Source: Asterionella formosa
Lineage: Eukaryota
Direction: 5' to 3'
Assembly: GCA_002256025.1 (NCBI GenBank)
Contig: NKIB01012837.1
Location: 1 to 64,000 of the forward strand
DNA: 64,000 bases
The translations under genes were made by a program, and so were the position numbers. Of this stretch, positions 46,503 through 58,896 are shown in pieces. Positions within the stretch are counted from its first letter, which is position 1. The number at the start of each line of letters is the position of its first letter. The notes under the pieces were generated by a model, which saw only the letters and a program-made list of their open reading frames with translations, made no database searches and was not told the origin of the DNA.

Positions 46503-49500
46503 ATGAACACTATGGAAACGACCAGCGCAGAGGAACAACAACCACGTCGGGAGCCGGAAATATACATTGGGCGCCACAATGCCTCAATAGAAGCCATCTC
46601 AATTGGTGAAACAGATGTGAATCTTTCTAAAGGTATGTATATTTAGAGTTTCCATATTGTTCACCACTGATTTATGGTAGCTTCCCTCTGTATCACTTTT
46701 TCTCACCCCGGATGCTGAAGAATCTGGATTCTCACGGCTTTCCGTTTGGACCAATACAGACAAAGATAGCACATCAACATCTATTGATTCAATACTCTCA
46801 AACCACGTGGATCTCGAAAGTCGCATTGATATTACTGATACGAATAATAAAGACTCGAAATTAAAAGCCACTACGCTTCACGATGCTCAACATCGGGAAG
46901 ATATCCTCGACAATTTTCTGACTAGACCTTCCATCGCACCGCACGAGGTTGATGCCGTTAGAAATTCGATCGAAACTGCGCTACGCCAAGCCCTTGAAAT
47001 AGTAGAAAAAGGAGGCAAAGAAGCATTTGATCTACATACAATGCAGGAAAGGAGACGCAAGAACTCGTTGACTTCAAAATCAGTCTACCATAAGGAGTAC
47101 CAGCGAGCTTTAGAGGAAGCAGAGATTCATGGAAATCCTCGTGACTACCAAGCTGCCCTCTTTGAAGCGGCCAAGAAGCGCAATACAATCGTCAACCTAG
47201 GAACTGGTCAAGGCAAGACAATGATAGCATTGTTGACGATTCAACATTTTGCCTTTGCCTATGAAGAAGGCAAGCAAACTTTGTTCATGGTTCCTAGTGT
47301 TCCTTTATGCATACAGCAGTCCATGACACTCCAGGCAAACTTACCCTACAGTACAAAAATGGCTTCCGCTGATGTATCACATTCTTATACAACACTCCAA
47401 GAACTAGCAAACGCAAATATACTCGTGGCAACTCATGGAGCGATTCATGAAATGCTCATGCATTACGGGGACATCTTTCAGATGGAACGGTTCAATCTCT
47501 TGGTCTTTGACGAATGTCACTACGCCTCAGGAAATCATGATTATAAAATAATCATGGAGAAGTTTTATCATGTCTTACCAAAGGATAAGCGTCCTCATGT
47601 CTTGGGCCTCACGGCATCTCCATTACTGAACGTGAGACACACACACAGCGACGGCCAGCTTGGAAGGATGCTGACTGCTCTGGAAACGACATTGGATGCA
47701 AAGGTGGTATCGCTCCGAGATCTGGGAGTCACGGACACAAGATTCGTGCAACAGCACGTCGAAGAAAAGCATGTATTCTTTCAGACCACATACCTACCTC
47801 AAGACTTTCCATCTCATGAACATGTTGGGCTTCATCAAGCCCGTCTCCGAGAATTTCAACAGCTTAATCACATTTACCAAGATTTGGGTCCATTGTCATG
47901 TTCTATTTACTGTCGGACTTTGATTCAAGAAGTGTCTTGTAATGAATACGAGCAAGAGACCTCTCATGAATTCCGTTCAGTCGTAAATCACTTGCAAAGT
48001 ATTGCCAACTATTGCGACAACAAAACGAAAATATGTCCACACGGTGGTCGAACGGAGAAGTTGTTAAAACTCGAACGCTTGCTGGAGGAGTGCATTGAGT
48101 TTCAAGGTGATAAAGACACCGTAGGACTTGTCTTTGTCGAGCGACGCATCACAGCCATGGCTCTTCACAATCTTTTGTTGCATCGTCAGCAGGCATTGGA
48201 TGCCGAAAACTGGAGACGAGCCTCGGATATGGTCGATCTCCCTCCTGATGATGATTGTACACCATTGTCGACCTCGTCTCCAACCGCTCTTGCCGTTCAA
48301 TCTAAGGGAAATTCACATAGGAAGACATTCAAAACATTATCCTCAGTTTCTAGGTCAGTACCACATTTGACAAATTGTCAATCGATCCAAGATGACGAGG
48401 AGCTGTACTCGGATGCAGACGCTCTTGCCATTCCTTTGAAGCGAAATTCTCAGAGCAACACAACCAATTCCTTTTTGTCGGTATCTGCATCAGTGCCACA
48501 TCCGACCCTTTGTCGATCAATCCAACATGACGAGGACCAGTTCGCGAATGCAGAAGCTTTTTCAAAAGCTGCCAAGGAAATGTCTCATGGCAACAAAGAC
48601 AACGAATTTTTGTCAGTATTTGGAGCAATACCACACCCGAAACGACGTTATCGACCAATCCAAGATGATGAGGACAAGTTCGTGGTTACAGGAGATTTTC
48701 CAATGGATTCCGAGGACTTGTCTCATAGCAACAAATTGTTTTCTGTATCTGGAGCAGTACCACACTCGACAGATTGTTTACAGGACACAAAAGCTCTTTT
48801 ACATCATTCCAGGGACAATTCTCAGAGCAGCAGTTCATCGTTGTCGGTATTTGGAACGGTTCCAGATCCCTGCCAAGATGATGAGGATCAGTTCGCGGAC
48901 GCAGAAGATCTTTCAGTTCAGTTCATGGACAATTCTCGGAGCAAGAAACAAGCCAACACATTTTTGTCGGTAGCTGAATTAATGCCGCATCCGACGATTT
49001 ATGGACCAATCCAAGATGATGATGACCAGTTCGCAGACGCTGATGAACTGGAGCTCCATGAAACTTTTAGTATGAGTCAAGCATCTGTACCAGTTCAGGG
49101 ACATAAAAGTAACATTGACGACTCCCATTCTGTTATTTCCGGTCAGTTCAGCGATGTTGATGAAGAGTTTGGCCTCACGAATATTGCCAAGCGGGATTTC
49201 ATTGATAAAATACGGTGCGACGTTCTTGTTCGGCAATCCACTCAGATCTTCAAATATCTCCGTTCTGGAAAAAATCGGGCTATCGGAAGCGATAGGAAGA
49301 AAACGGACCAAGAAATGAACATTCGGAACATTCTAAGTTCTTTGAAACGACGAGAATTCAACTTGCTCATCGCGACTTCAGTTGTCGAAGAAGGCGTGGA
49401 CATTCAAGCGTAAGCACCAATGCATTTCTTATTTGAAAAGGATGGATGTTACTCAACTTGTGTGGTTCTACTTTTTTGACAGATGCTCGTTTATTGTGGT

Positions 49501-52500
49501 TTTCGATCAAATCCGAAGCACAAAAGGATATATACAAATGAAAGGTAGAGCTCGTAGAAATGAATCTGAATTTTTTGTTTTCGAGAACCAGGCCGACAGT
49601 AGCTCAACCAAAAGCAGACAGCTTTCTCTCAAAACTGCCCAGCAGGCGGAAAAGCGAGTGAATGACTTCATCGAAAACCGAGAACTTCCCCCGAATAGCA
49701 CTCTCATTTCCTGTTCAAGATTGAATCCCAAACATTCTTGTTGTACCGTTGATGAGGAAATTCGTGCGGTTGAAAAGGGCGAATATAAAACAGCTCACGC
49801 TGTAGTGGACTTGCGTTCTGCAAAAGCGTTGTTGAATAAGTATGCCTTGACGGTGCCTCTCGACGCTTCAGCCCGAAAGTCGCGAGAATCGTACTTGCTT
49901 AACATGCCGACTTTTGAAGAGTTTCAGTTGATTTTGCCTTCACACCTTCCACCTGATGTCCGAGTGATAGAACTACCATCAGTTTATCAGGCAGCACAGC
50001 GGGGTGAACGACATCACATATTGGCATTGATGGCATGTGTTCGATTGCACAAGCTACATCTTTTGAATGAAAGGCTCCTTCCTCTCACAAGAATTGATTT
50101 ATGCGAGAAACTATTAAATGTTGTCAGAAATGAATTTCCTCCATTCATGAAGGGTGACATGCACAGTCGAGGCCTTGCAATTGGAGAACAAAAAGAGATC
50201 TTTGCGTACCCTATTGTCCAGTTTGGGGTCAAGATGAATGCCTTTCGGAAAATACTCAAAGGTGACCTTTGCTCGCTTGTAGTATTGTCTGTGACGAAGA
50301 TTAAAGGAATTTCAGCGGAGACATATAAGCACCCCGAGATCGGCGAGATAATTTTTCAACTTGGCTCTGAGCGCAAGCAAACGCTGACCATGGACGAATG
50401 GGCCCTCTGCTCGAACTTTTTCGCCATTTTATTCCAGTTTCGCTGGAGCAGAAAGTCGAAACAAGAATGGTTTCGTCCACGCAGCTGGGATGTTACGCAA
50501 GATGTACTGCCACCATACACTGTTGGTATCTTGAACATCAATGGACAATTGGATTGGGAGTACATGCGAAGGACAATTAACGAAAGCTCGCGTGACAATG
50601 AACAATGCTTTAATGCTTGCCAGTCATATTCCGTAAATGATACCGATTCTAAACCGAGACTTTGCGGAACAGCATATAACCCAAATGTAACGTACATTGT
50701 TCACGGTCCCGTTGGACTGGATTGCAGCGCTAGGTTTCCGGAAAAGCTTGGGGGAGTCGATACCTTTCGTGACTATTACAAACAGATATGGAATATAACA
50801 GTTTCTATGGACACTCCTCTATTACTTGCTCAGCCCCTTTGGTTTCTTCCAGTAAAGCCATTGTCTTGTGATAGTGTGCAAACACGTGTGCACCAGTACA
50901 ATGTCGAAAACTATTACGTCCAGGACGGTACTCTTGGTGACAAGCACGTAGAAACAATTGGCGAGCTTGCCACAGTATTACTGCCACAAACTGTCTGCTC
51001 AGAGAATTTTCTTGGCGATGCTTCTCTCGCGCTTCTGACTGTCATGCTTCCTCAATTCCTCCACAATGTCGACCGCCATTTGATTTCGCAAGTAATGGTC
51101 AAGCATTGTTTGATAAACTTGCCTAGTCTTGGAGCGTACCTGCAAGACGTTCCCGTTGTGAATATCATCGAAGCCTTGACAGCGAAAGGGGCGGACCTTG
51201 AAAGAACATATGATCAATTAGAATGGGTTGGAGATTCGGTTTTGAAGCTAGTTCAAACTGATGCCATCCTTAACAATCCAGAGCTCCAATTGTGGGTTCA
51301 AAATCTTCACGAAGGTGATCTGACCATGCTCAGAAGTGCAATATGCAACAACAAGTTTCTTTGCAATGCATGCCAGCAAGTCGGTATCGATCGTTTCATC
51401 CACGTTACCCCGTTGGCTCGTGGGAAGTGGATTCCAGTCAATCTTGAACTCCATTATTACGGAGGGTCCGAAATTAGACTTCCATATGAAGCAAGCCCTA
51501 GCATGAAAGTGTGTGCAGATGTGATCGAATCTTTGCTTGGCATGATTTACCTTAAGTTTGGCTATTCAGCGGCCGTGGAAGTCGCTCAGGAATTTGGCGT
51601 TTCTCTGCATGTTGCCGAAAAACTCAGTGCGCAAAAGTCCAAGCTACATGTCACTCCACGCCGTTTGCTGATGGAACTAGTATCGACCCTGACAAGGAAA
51701 ATCAGTTTTGAAAATCCTGGGCTCGTGGAGGAAGCTCTGACGCATTGCAGCGCATTGTGCAAAGACGTTTCCTCGTATCAGAAATTGGAGTGGGTTGGAG
51801 ATGCTGTATTGTGCATAGCAGTTCGAGAATGGATCTATACTAACTATCCAAATGTTTCTGTCGGTGATATGGTAACAATGGAGGCTGCACTGGTTTCGAA
51901 CGAAATACTTGCTTATCAGTCTGTGAAGACTGGGCTTCATAAATTCATTATTCATCGTGACCAATATTTGCCACCCCGTCTTGAGCATTACGCATGGAGT
52001 ATAGAAGGGGGTCGCCGCGGTATTTGGGGAACCGATCCCCCGAAAATTCTTTCGGATGTGGTTGAATCTGTTCTGGGTGCCGTGCATATGGACGGTGGTT
52101 TTGATGAGGGTCAGACAGCGGTGCTGTCGTTGATGGCTCCAATCTTAAAAGCAATGAAAGAGACGCAGTGCGCCAAGCTGCTCACCCATCCCAAGACTTC
52201 TCTGAATGAACTCGGCGGCTTATTTCTTCGTATCAATGTCACTAGGGAAGATTCGTTTTCCAGAAGTCGGATCGGACTTCTTAGTGTTTGGCAAGGACAG
52301 TGTTTCCGAGATGCAGATTTCCATGGGTCGGATTATGTAGCTACCGTGAGTTCCATTGGGATAGACCTTATTTCTGTCGCTGAGCCGAGCAAAAAAGCAG
52401 CTCGCAACCGGGCCTGTGCCTTGGTGGTTGCTGTTCTACTAGCCAATCCCAGCTTGTTAGAGAGATTGACGGTGATTTCTAGGATTGTTTACGGTGGACA

Positions 52501-52555
52501 TGCACTGGCAGAACAACAAGAGCACGCGAGTGAATCCGAACCGGAAGCGAAGTAG
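46503..52555 (+). CDS. DCR: Dicer-like endoribonuclease (DExD/H helicase, DUF283-like, PAZ-like, 2x RNase III, dsRBD), about 1960 aa
   Basis: Exons about 46503-46632 (tentative), 46721-49409 and 49483-52555. Helicase motifs PRDYQ, NLGTGQGKT, FDECH, LGLTAS, LVFVERR, LLIATSVVEEGVDIQAC, YIQMKGRAR. PAZ-like TFRDYYKQIWNI..PLL. RNase III signatures YDQLEWVGDSVLK / ADVIESLLG and YQKLEWVGDAVL / SDVVESVLGAV. dsRBD-like HPKTSLNEL...SKKAARNRAC. Confidence 0.92.
48337..49050 (+). repeat. Six degenerate ~35-46-codon repeats inside the Dicer helicase
   Basis: Units begin LSSVSRSVPH, FLSVSASVPH, FLSVFGAIPH, LFSVSGAVPH, LSVFGTVPD and FLSVAELMPH. Most continue with a (I)QDDEDQFADA-like acidic motif. Confidence 0.85.
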
Positions 52556-52976
52556 ATAAATTACTATTAACTGGAACGGAAGAGTCTTGCATGTCCGCGC
52601 TTCATCGTGTTTGTAATAATCAAAAGAGAACGACACACAGGGTGAATGACACAGTACCTGGTGTGATTGATGGGGCTATCGTACTAGTATTATAAATTTG
52701 GCGATATACATTCCCATTATTGTGTTTCGTAGATGTACAGCGACCCTCTAACTAATTTGGAATAGCATTGCTTGTTAATCAAGTAAGTAATGCATTTTCT
52801 CCAACAACTTACGGCACTATAAGAAACAGGTGTGATTGAATCTAATTGAATCATTGAAAGATCGAAGAGCATTGCGCTTCTAGTCATCAGTATTTCCTAT
52901 ATTTATGGATGCATAGTCTTGACATAATGATTTGCGGATGGACTCCAATAGTTCTATGTGTTCTCCCTGTTTGCAG

Positions 52977-54521
52977 CTATTTCTTGGATGTTTTCGCGTT
53001 GTACATTCCGTCCGCCTCTTTTCGAGTTGGGACGAGGTTACTTAACTTCCAAGCGCTTGAAAGCCATAGCAGGGACGCTCCAGTTGTCATTACCGATAGC
53101 TCTTGCAAGCCAAAGTTTCCAAATACTGCTGTCAAAGCACTTAAGCATAAGCTCATGCTGGACTTGCCAAACCGATAACCAAATACCCCAATGATTTCTT
53201 TACCAACGTAGCGACTCTCAAAGTCCAATGGAACGTACACCATTTCGTCTAACATACGACGAGCAGAATACTCCAAAGTCTTTTGGACCAATAGTGATGC
53301 ACTCACAATAAATAAAGAGGGGTCAACTTGGGAGGCTTGAAAGGCAGTAAAGACAACAGTAATCAAAGGCATAGCTCTCCAAAGGTCCCGAGGTTCAATA
53401 ACTTGCATCAATGGTGGTAAGACCCCAAACTGCAAGATCATGCTAAAAACATTAATGAGGGCGAAAAATTTGCCCATCCATCCAGCTCGCTCACTATCAT
53501 TGGGAATGGCACTGCTGAGCTTCACAACAAAACAAACATTGAGAAGTGTCGCAAGTCCTTGGGAGGACAATATTTCCAAAAACAAAGCCCATAGTGTAGG
53601 AACCCTTGAAAAGAGGTTTGACGCCTTTTGAAACATACCAATTTCTTGAGAAGGTGCCTTTGTCTTCTTTTTGTCTTTCGTGGTAGAATGATGGTCGTCT
53701 GACGGGGTGAAACCATATCGATCCGAAATTGCGTAGGCCTTGGTTGTGGCAAGCAAACTCAACATCATCATAATTCCGGTTCCAATGAGTGCCCCTGAAA
53801 GACCAACCTTGTCGACAACCCGAGAAACATTAATACCTGCAAGTGCTGATGTAATTGAGGTCAAACCTGATATTGGTGCAAACCACTTGGCAGATTGGGA
53901 GGGGGTCAATACTGACGACATAAAGGACCAGTACTGACTAGTGATTAGTTGAACATACGCTTCTCGGAAGACGAATAAAGGTCCAGCAATGAATTTAACC
54001 AAAGGAATATTGAACAAAGTCACAGCTGAGCCCGATTGTTCCAAATATATGATGGCCAATGCCGACGCAACAAGGACCGAGGCGCAAAATGTAGTCGTAC
54101 GCGACAAGGCTCCTTTTGGACCATTAGCCTCCAAAGTTTTTCCATATCCCATCAAAAGTAACAAGGACGCTGGACTGACAAAAGCCATAGCGAGCGGGAA
54201 GGCCGCTGGAGCATCGGCATATCCAGTAGATGCCGAAGTGAATATGGCCAATGTCGAAGGTCGAGCAAATGAATATCCAAGATAGTGAAAGGACATGGCA
54301 ATTGCCATACAAATCACAGATCGTGCCTTTGGTGTCACTGACTGGCCAAGTATGTGCAGATTATCGTCATCTGCTTGTTTCGCCACGCCGGAAATTCTCT
54401 TGGTAGATGCCACCGCCGATGACATGGCAGTTGCAGCTAAAATTGCGGCGCCTCCTCGTCCCAACTGAAGCGCCCGGTGCAGGGAGGGGAGACTGGAGGC
54501 TGCTAAGCTAGCGACAGTCAT
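52977..54521 (-). CDS. Nucleotide transporter, TLC/NTT (ATP/ADP translocase-like MFS) family
   Basis: About 11-12 TM helices. Motifs YSFARP, QYWSF, AKWFAPI and the C-terminal KTLEYS.RR...EMVYVPLD.ESRY.GKE.IGVFG.R.GKS typical of TLC carriers. Confidence 0.8.
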   Translation of the reverse strand: MTVASLAASSLPSLHRALQLGRGGAAILAATAMSSAVASTKRISGVAKQADDDNLHILGQSVTPKARSVICMAIAMSFHYLGYSFARPSTLAIFTSASTGYADAPAAFPLAMAFVSPASLLLLMGYGKTLEANGPKGALSRTTTFCASVLVASALAIIYLEQSGSAVTLFNIPLVKFIAGPLFVFREAYVQLITSQYWSFMSSVLTPSQSAKWFAPISGLTSITSALAGINVSRVVDKVGLSGALIGTGIMMMLSLLATTKAYAISDRYGFTPSDDHHSTTKDKKKTKAPSQEIGMFQKASNLFSRVPTLWALFLEILSSQGLATLLNVCFVVKLSSAIPNDSERAGWMGKFFALINVFSMILQFGVLPPLMQVIEPRDLWRAMPLITVVFTAFQASQVDPSLFIVSASLLVQKTLEYSARRMLDEMVYVPLDFESRYVGKEIIGVFGYRFGKSSMSLCLSALTAVFGNFGLQELSVMTTGASLLWLSSAWKLSNLVPTRKEADGMYNAKTSKK

Positions 54522-54847
54522 CTTTGGGTAAAAGAAGCGAAGGAGCTTATATGTAGGCTATCGGTATTGCAACTGGCCTACAGTTCCTTCATCACAAAAT
54601 TGTGATGTCGTGTAATAGTGGTGCCACCAATAATGCAGACATCACTGTGAACATCACTGTGTGTGATTGCCGCGAGACATCACTGGGAAAAAAGTGATGG
54701 CTCCAAAACAAAGGAAAACGCACCACCATCATCAGCCAGCCAAAAGGCGGTTAGCGTTACAGGTAGGGTTTCCAATTGCGGTGAATTATTACCTGCTGGT
54801 AGGTTGACTCTGTAGCAGGTACCTGTTACCACCAGCTAGCTACCTGC

Positions 54848-54872
54848 TACCAGGTACCAGGTACCAGGTACC
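54848..54872. repeat. (TACCAGG)3.5 short tandem array in a divergent intergenic region
   Basis: taccaggtaccaggtaccaggtacc. Related arrays at 7256-7277, 43948-44010 and 60005-60038. Confidence 0.85.
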
Positions 54873-55221
54873 TGTCGTTAGTAGCTACACTACGAACCTG
54901 GAGGAGAGTGATGTTGTAAATTCACCGGTGCTTACCGGTACTACTGTTTAGAATGTATCATGGGGTTTTGCCTAACTTTGACAGTGGCGATGAATATATA
55001 GGGTAGACCTAACTGGACAAATGATGTCGTATGGTTGTGCCGCGAAACGTTCGTTTTGTTGCTCCATTTGTAGCATGATACGTGCGATGAAACGTATCAT
55101 GTGGTCATGAATTTTATCGGGTACCAGGGTACTGGCACCGGGTTTCCGCTGCTCAGCATACAGTCATAGTACCCGGTAATTTACTACAGTTAGGACAAAG
55201 CAAAACAGCAAGAAGAAAGCA

Positions 55222-56736
55222 ATGGCACAATCTTCTTACGAGAAGAGGATAGACTATGATAACAATGGTGATACAATTCCCATGAAGGTCCAGAACTCCA
55301 GGCTACGGCGGGCCCTGTCGCTGTCCTTCCTACTTAACCTTCAATCGCTTTTTCTATCTGCCGATGCCCTTTGTGCGAATGCAAGAATACAAACGAGCTC
55401 GGAGCGCATAGTTCCTCCACAGTCTGAGGGTGGAAACCACAACGACGAGGCACCTCTTGGTATTTACGTCCACATTCCTTACTGCCGAAGACGATGTCGA
55501 TATTGTGATTTCGCCATTGTTCCGATAGGCATTAGCGCTAGAGACTCAAATGCCGACGACCGAGCGACCCAGGGATTTCTTCGAATGGATCACGCGTATC
55601 GTCAAGCCCTTCTTGATGAATTAGCTCTGATACAAAAGCATTCTGCTACAAGGAAGACTCCCGTTCAATCCATTTACTTTGGAGGAGGAACTCCGTCTTT
55701 AGCTCCTGTCGAGACTATAGCTGCTATACTGAACCAGATCCAATCTTCATCGTGTTTTCAACTTCGTAATGATGTTGAAATCACCATGGAGATGGACCCC
55801 GGAACCTTTGGACTGGAGAAGCTGCAGGCTTTGAAAGAATTAGGGGTCAATCGCATATCTCTGGGAGTACAATCATTCGATGACGTAGTACTTGAACAAA
55901 TTGGACGAGTGCATCGCTCATTGGATATTTCAAACTCATTGAAGATGATTCAACAAGTATTTGGTGAATACCCTAACTATTCTATTGATTTGATTTCTGG
56001 CCTTCCTGGGACCAGTCTTGCTAACTGGGTGGAAACCTTGGAACAAGCTACAAAACTATCACCAAAGCCAACCCACCTATCCTTATACGATTTGCAGATT
56101 GAATCTGGAACAGTATTCGATAAGTGGTACAGCGAACCACAAAAGCAAACTGGAATTACCATACCCTCGTCGGATGATTGTGCATTCATGTATAAGTATG
56201 CATCTGGCTTCTTGAGACAATTTGGATATCATCACTATGAAATATCTTCGTACTCCTTACCAGGATATCGATCCCGTCACAACCAAATTTATTGGCATCC
56301 TCGATCGACTTGGTGTGCTATTGGCCTTGGTGCTACCAGTAGTGTGAATGGTACAAGGTACAGTCGACCAAGAGCCATGCAAGATTATGTGCATTGGGTA
56401 CAACAGCAGCAGCAGTATGAAATAATGGGAGTTCCAGAGTGGATGGTGCAAGACAGGGCCTTGGACCATCTAGACCGATTGACAGATGTCATCATGACCC
56501 GGCTGCGGACATCAGAGGGACTTGATCTGGATGATGTGGAACAAGAATATGGTCAAGACAAGGTCAATAGAATTCTTAGGGGGGTACAACTGGGGATTGA
56601 CCTCCAACTAGCACGGAGAATTGGAGAAGAAAAGGGTCGCAAGCATGGTGTGTTGCGGCTGAATGATCCTGCAGGCTTTTTGTTTTCCAACTCAATTATT
56701 TCTAGTATTTTTGTAGAATTAGGAGTCGAAAGTTAA
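55222..56736 (+). CDS. hemW: Radical SAM heme chaperone HemW / RSAD1-like (HemN-like)
   Basis: YVHIPYCRRRCRYCDF (CxxxCxxC), YFGGGTPS, RISLGVQSF, DLI.GLP, HYEIS and the HemW-type HNQIYW motif. N-terminal extension. Confidence 0.88.
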   Translation: MAQSSYEKRIDYDNNGDTIPMKVQNSRLRRALSLSFLLNLQSLFLSADALCANARIQTSSERIVPPQSEGGNHNDEAPLGIYVHIPYCRRRCRYCDFAIVPIGISARDSNADDRATQGFLRMDHAYRQALLDELALIQKHSATRKTPVQSIYFGGGTPSLAPVETIAAILNQIQSSSCFQLRNDVEITMEMDPGTFGLEKLQALKELGVNRISLGVQSFDDVVLEQIGRVHRSLDISNSLKMIQQVFGEYPNYSIDLISGLPGTSLANWVETLEQATKLSPKPTHLSLYDLQIESGTVFDKWYSEPQKQTGITIPSSDDCAFMYKYASGFLRQFGYHHYEISSYSLPGYRSRHNQIYWHPRSTWCAIGLGATSSVNGTRYSRPRAMQDYVHWVQQQQQYEIMGVPEWMVQDRALDHLDRLTDVIMTRLRTSEGLDLDDVEQEYGQDKVNRILRGVQLGIDLQLARRIGEEKGRKHGVLRLNDPAGFLFSNSIISSIFVELGVES

Positions 56737-57112
56737 ATCTCCTCTATCGCATTCCTTCAAAACTTAAGAGCTTGAGGCCATCATGGATGGGAAGTATCAG
56801 TATAATTCAAAAGCTGATATACCGAAATATCCTCTTTTCCGCTAGGACCTCGACCTCTACATGAGAGTGCCATAACCCTAATAGGCATTGCACTGCACTG
56901 CAAGTACCGCTACCGCTAACCCTATATAGACATCCGGAATTTACTGTACATACCAGTGCGGTACCGGTCCCTCGTGATTTGAAAATGATCATACCGGAAA
57001 GATTGTATTGTTACTACTAGCTGTAGACGAGGTGTGTGATATAAGATAGTATTTCTCGGCTTGTTTCCCTTTCATTTCACTCTTTGCCAGAACCCATTAC
57101 ATTACATTAAAC

Positions 57113-58687
57113 ATGGATCAGTCGTACCGTGAGGCTGACGAGCCGGCGACCAAACGAAGCAAAATTCCCAATGACAACGAGAACCCTAGCCCGATACCAA
57201 CAGTCAATTTATCATCTTCGCATAACACTCCATTGAGTATAGAGGGCCTTCTCTCCATTCCGTTGGTTGTCATCTTTCGACAAGTCTCGTCAAGCAATAG
57301 ATTCAAACCACTCCTGACACGCACTGAAGCACAATCGATGATACGGATCAATATGTTGGCGCAACAAGGCGATGTTCTGATTCAACTGGCCTTTGATACA
57401 CTAGCCAAGAAACGATGGTGCAAGTGCATCGAACCCATTGTAGTTTCGCATCCGATCCTTAGATCTCTGGTACCACTCCTACACTGTCACGGAATGACCG
57501 ATAAGGCATTGATGTATATACAGCAAGAAATATCCAAGGTCCTGCAGGAGCTGACATCCTTGTCCACGCTGATGCAACAGTTCGCGGAACAAAACTATAC
57601 CCTTGCAGAAAGCTTGTTGGATGCCTTGGGCGGCAATTCTCTGGCGGAAGAAAAGAAGTTATTGGGAGATTTAGAGGAGGAAATATTTGGACGGTGCAAC
57701 GAACTGCTGCAAATGACGGAATGTCAAAGTACAGGAAGCGCTGTGAATCCTTTGTCCATGAAGAACTTTTGCGAATCCCTTTTTGGCGAAACCACGACAG
57801 CCGAGACTCAGAGATATGGAATGCACACCATTGTAGAAAATAGTCAACAAAGGAAGCAACTTCCAGAAGAGGCGACGGATAAGGGTGACCAAGCAGGAGA
57901 ATGTTGTACCAACCGAGAACTTGGCTCCGACGGGAATGTGGTTGTTCTAAATACGATGGCGAATCGAAAGATATTCAAGCCCAACGAAAGTAAGACGATA
58001 GGCGAAAGTGAGTTACCAGGTGCTGCATCGGAGGGTTTGAACCCGACTGTGGCTACGGCTACTGGACCAAAACACAACGCCGATGATGTTGACGAGCAGT
58101 CACAACCAGGAGGGGAAGACACACACCCATCAGCACTCCATGTGATGCAGATCAATGCGACGATGGAGATAGGATCAACTGAACAGCAGCATGAATTAGA
58201 GGGGGGCGATGCACCACGAAATGAATTGATCTACAACGAGGACATAAATGCGGAACTCAGTCCCAAAAAATTTCACCAGCCAAAACCAAATTATCCCGAC
58301 GCAAAAAAGAAGGAATGCAAACGAAGCAGTAGTCAGGAGATTCGCATGAGCGCGGCCCTCGCATTGATACAAGGTGCCAAACAATCCTCAATAAAACCAG
58401 CTAATGCGAACGAACCTACAAAGCCTCCAAAATTCAACAATACAACCGAACGAACAAGTTTTCAGCAACGAGGCACACATTCAAAGGCGCGGAAAATCGA
58501 CATACTTTTCCAAAATCAATCGCCATTAAATGCAGAAACGAGCATTGTCATTCATCAAGACTTGAGGCATCAGGCATCGGTGTCAACAAAGCAGAGTCCT
58601 CCACTGATTGAACACTACAGCAACATGGCAAATACTCAGAGTGCAATTCATGCATTGCAGCGTCTAAGCAACGGTGATCTTCACTAG
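57113..58687 (+). CDS. Hypothetical protein, 524 aa (helical N-half, low-complexity C-half)
   Basis: Long ATG-started ORF, more GC-rich than its flanks. No recognised family motif. Confidence 0.6.
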   Translation: MDQSYREADEPATKRSKIPNDNENPSPIPTVNLSSSHNTPLSIEGLLSIPLVVIFRQVSSSNRFKPLLTRTEAQSMIRINMLAQQGDVLIQLAFDTLAKKRWCKCIEPIVVSHPILRSLVPLLHCHGMTDKALMYIQQEISKVLQELTSLSTLMQQFAEQNYTLAESLLDALGGNSLAEEKKLLGDLEEEIFGRCNELLQMTECQSTGSAVNPLSMKNFCESLFGETTTAETQRYGMHTIVENSQQRKQLPEEATDKGDQAGECCTNRELGSDGNVVVLNTMANRKIFKPNESKTIGESELPGAASEGLNPTVATATGPKHNADDVDEQSQPGGEDTHPSALHVMQINATMEIGSTEQQHELEGGDAPRNELIYNEDINAELSPKKFHQPKPNYPDAKKKECKRSSSQEIRMSAALALIQGAKQSSIKPANANEPTKPPKFNNTTERTSFQQRGTHSKARKIDILFQNQSPLNAETSIVIHQDLRHQASVSTKQSPPLIEHYSNMANTQSAIHALQRLSNGDLH

Positions 58688-58896
58688 TTGGGCTGGAAAT
58701 AGTAAAATAATGGCCAATAGGACTCTTTCAAATGCTTGAATGGCGAAACATATTGTTTATTGGTTTTCAGTCAAAGGTTGCAGCTGCTATTATCACTTGA
58801 TCCGTACATGGAAGTTTCGGACGAGTGCTAGTGCATCGATTAGGGGTTCAGGTAAGCGGAATACAGTATATCGAGCATGTGAGAATGCTATTCAGT

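Noticed and set aside
3386..54521. GART, ISN1 and the NTT transporter as a purine gene cluster
   Set aside because: They are separated by tens of kb of unrelated housekeeping genes, so chance co-occurrence is sufficient.
54640..54687. Three acatcactg copies upstream of the NTT gene as a specific regulatory element
   Set aside because: Plausible, but seen at only one locus and cannot be supported beyond local low complexity.
55222..56736. Annotation as oxygen-independent coproporphyrinogen III oxidase HemN
   Set aside because: The HNxxYW motif and CxxCDF pattern fit HemW/RSAD1 better.
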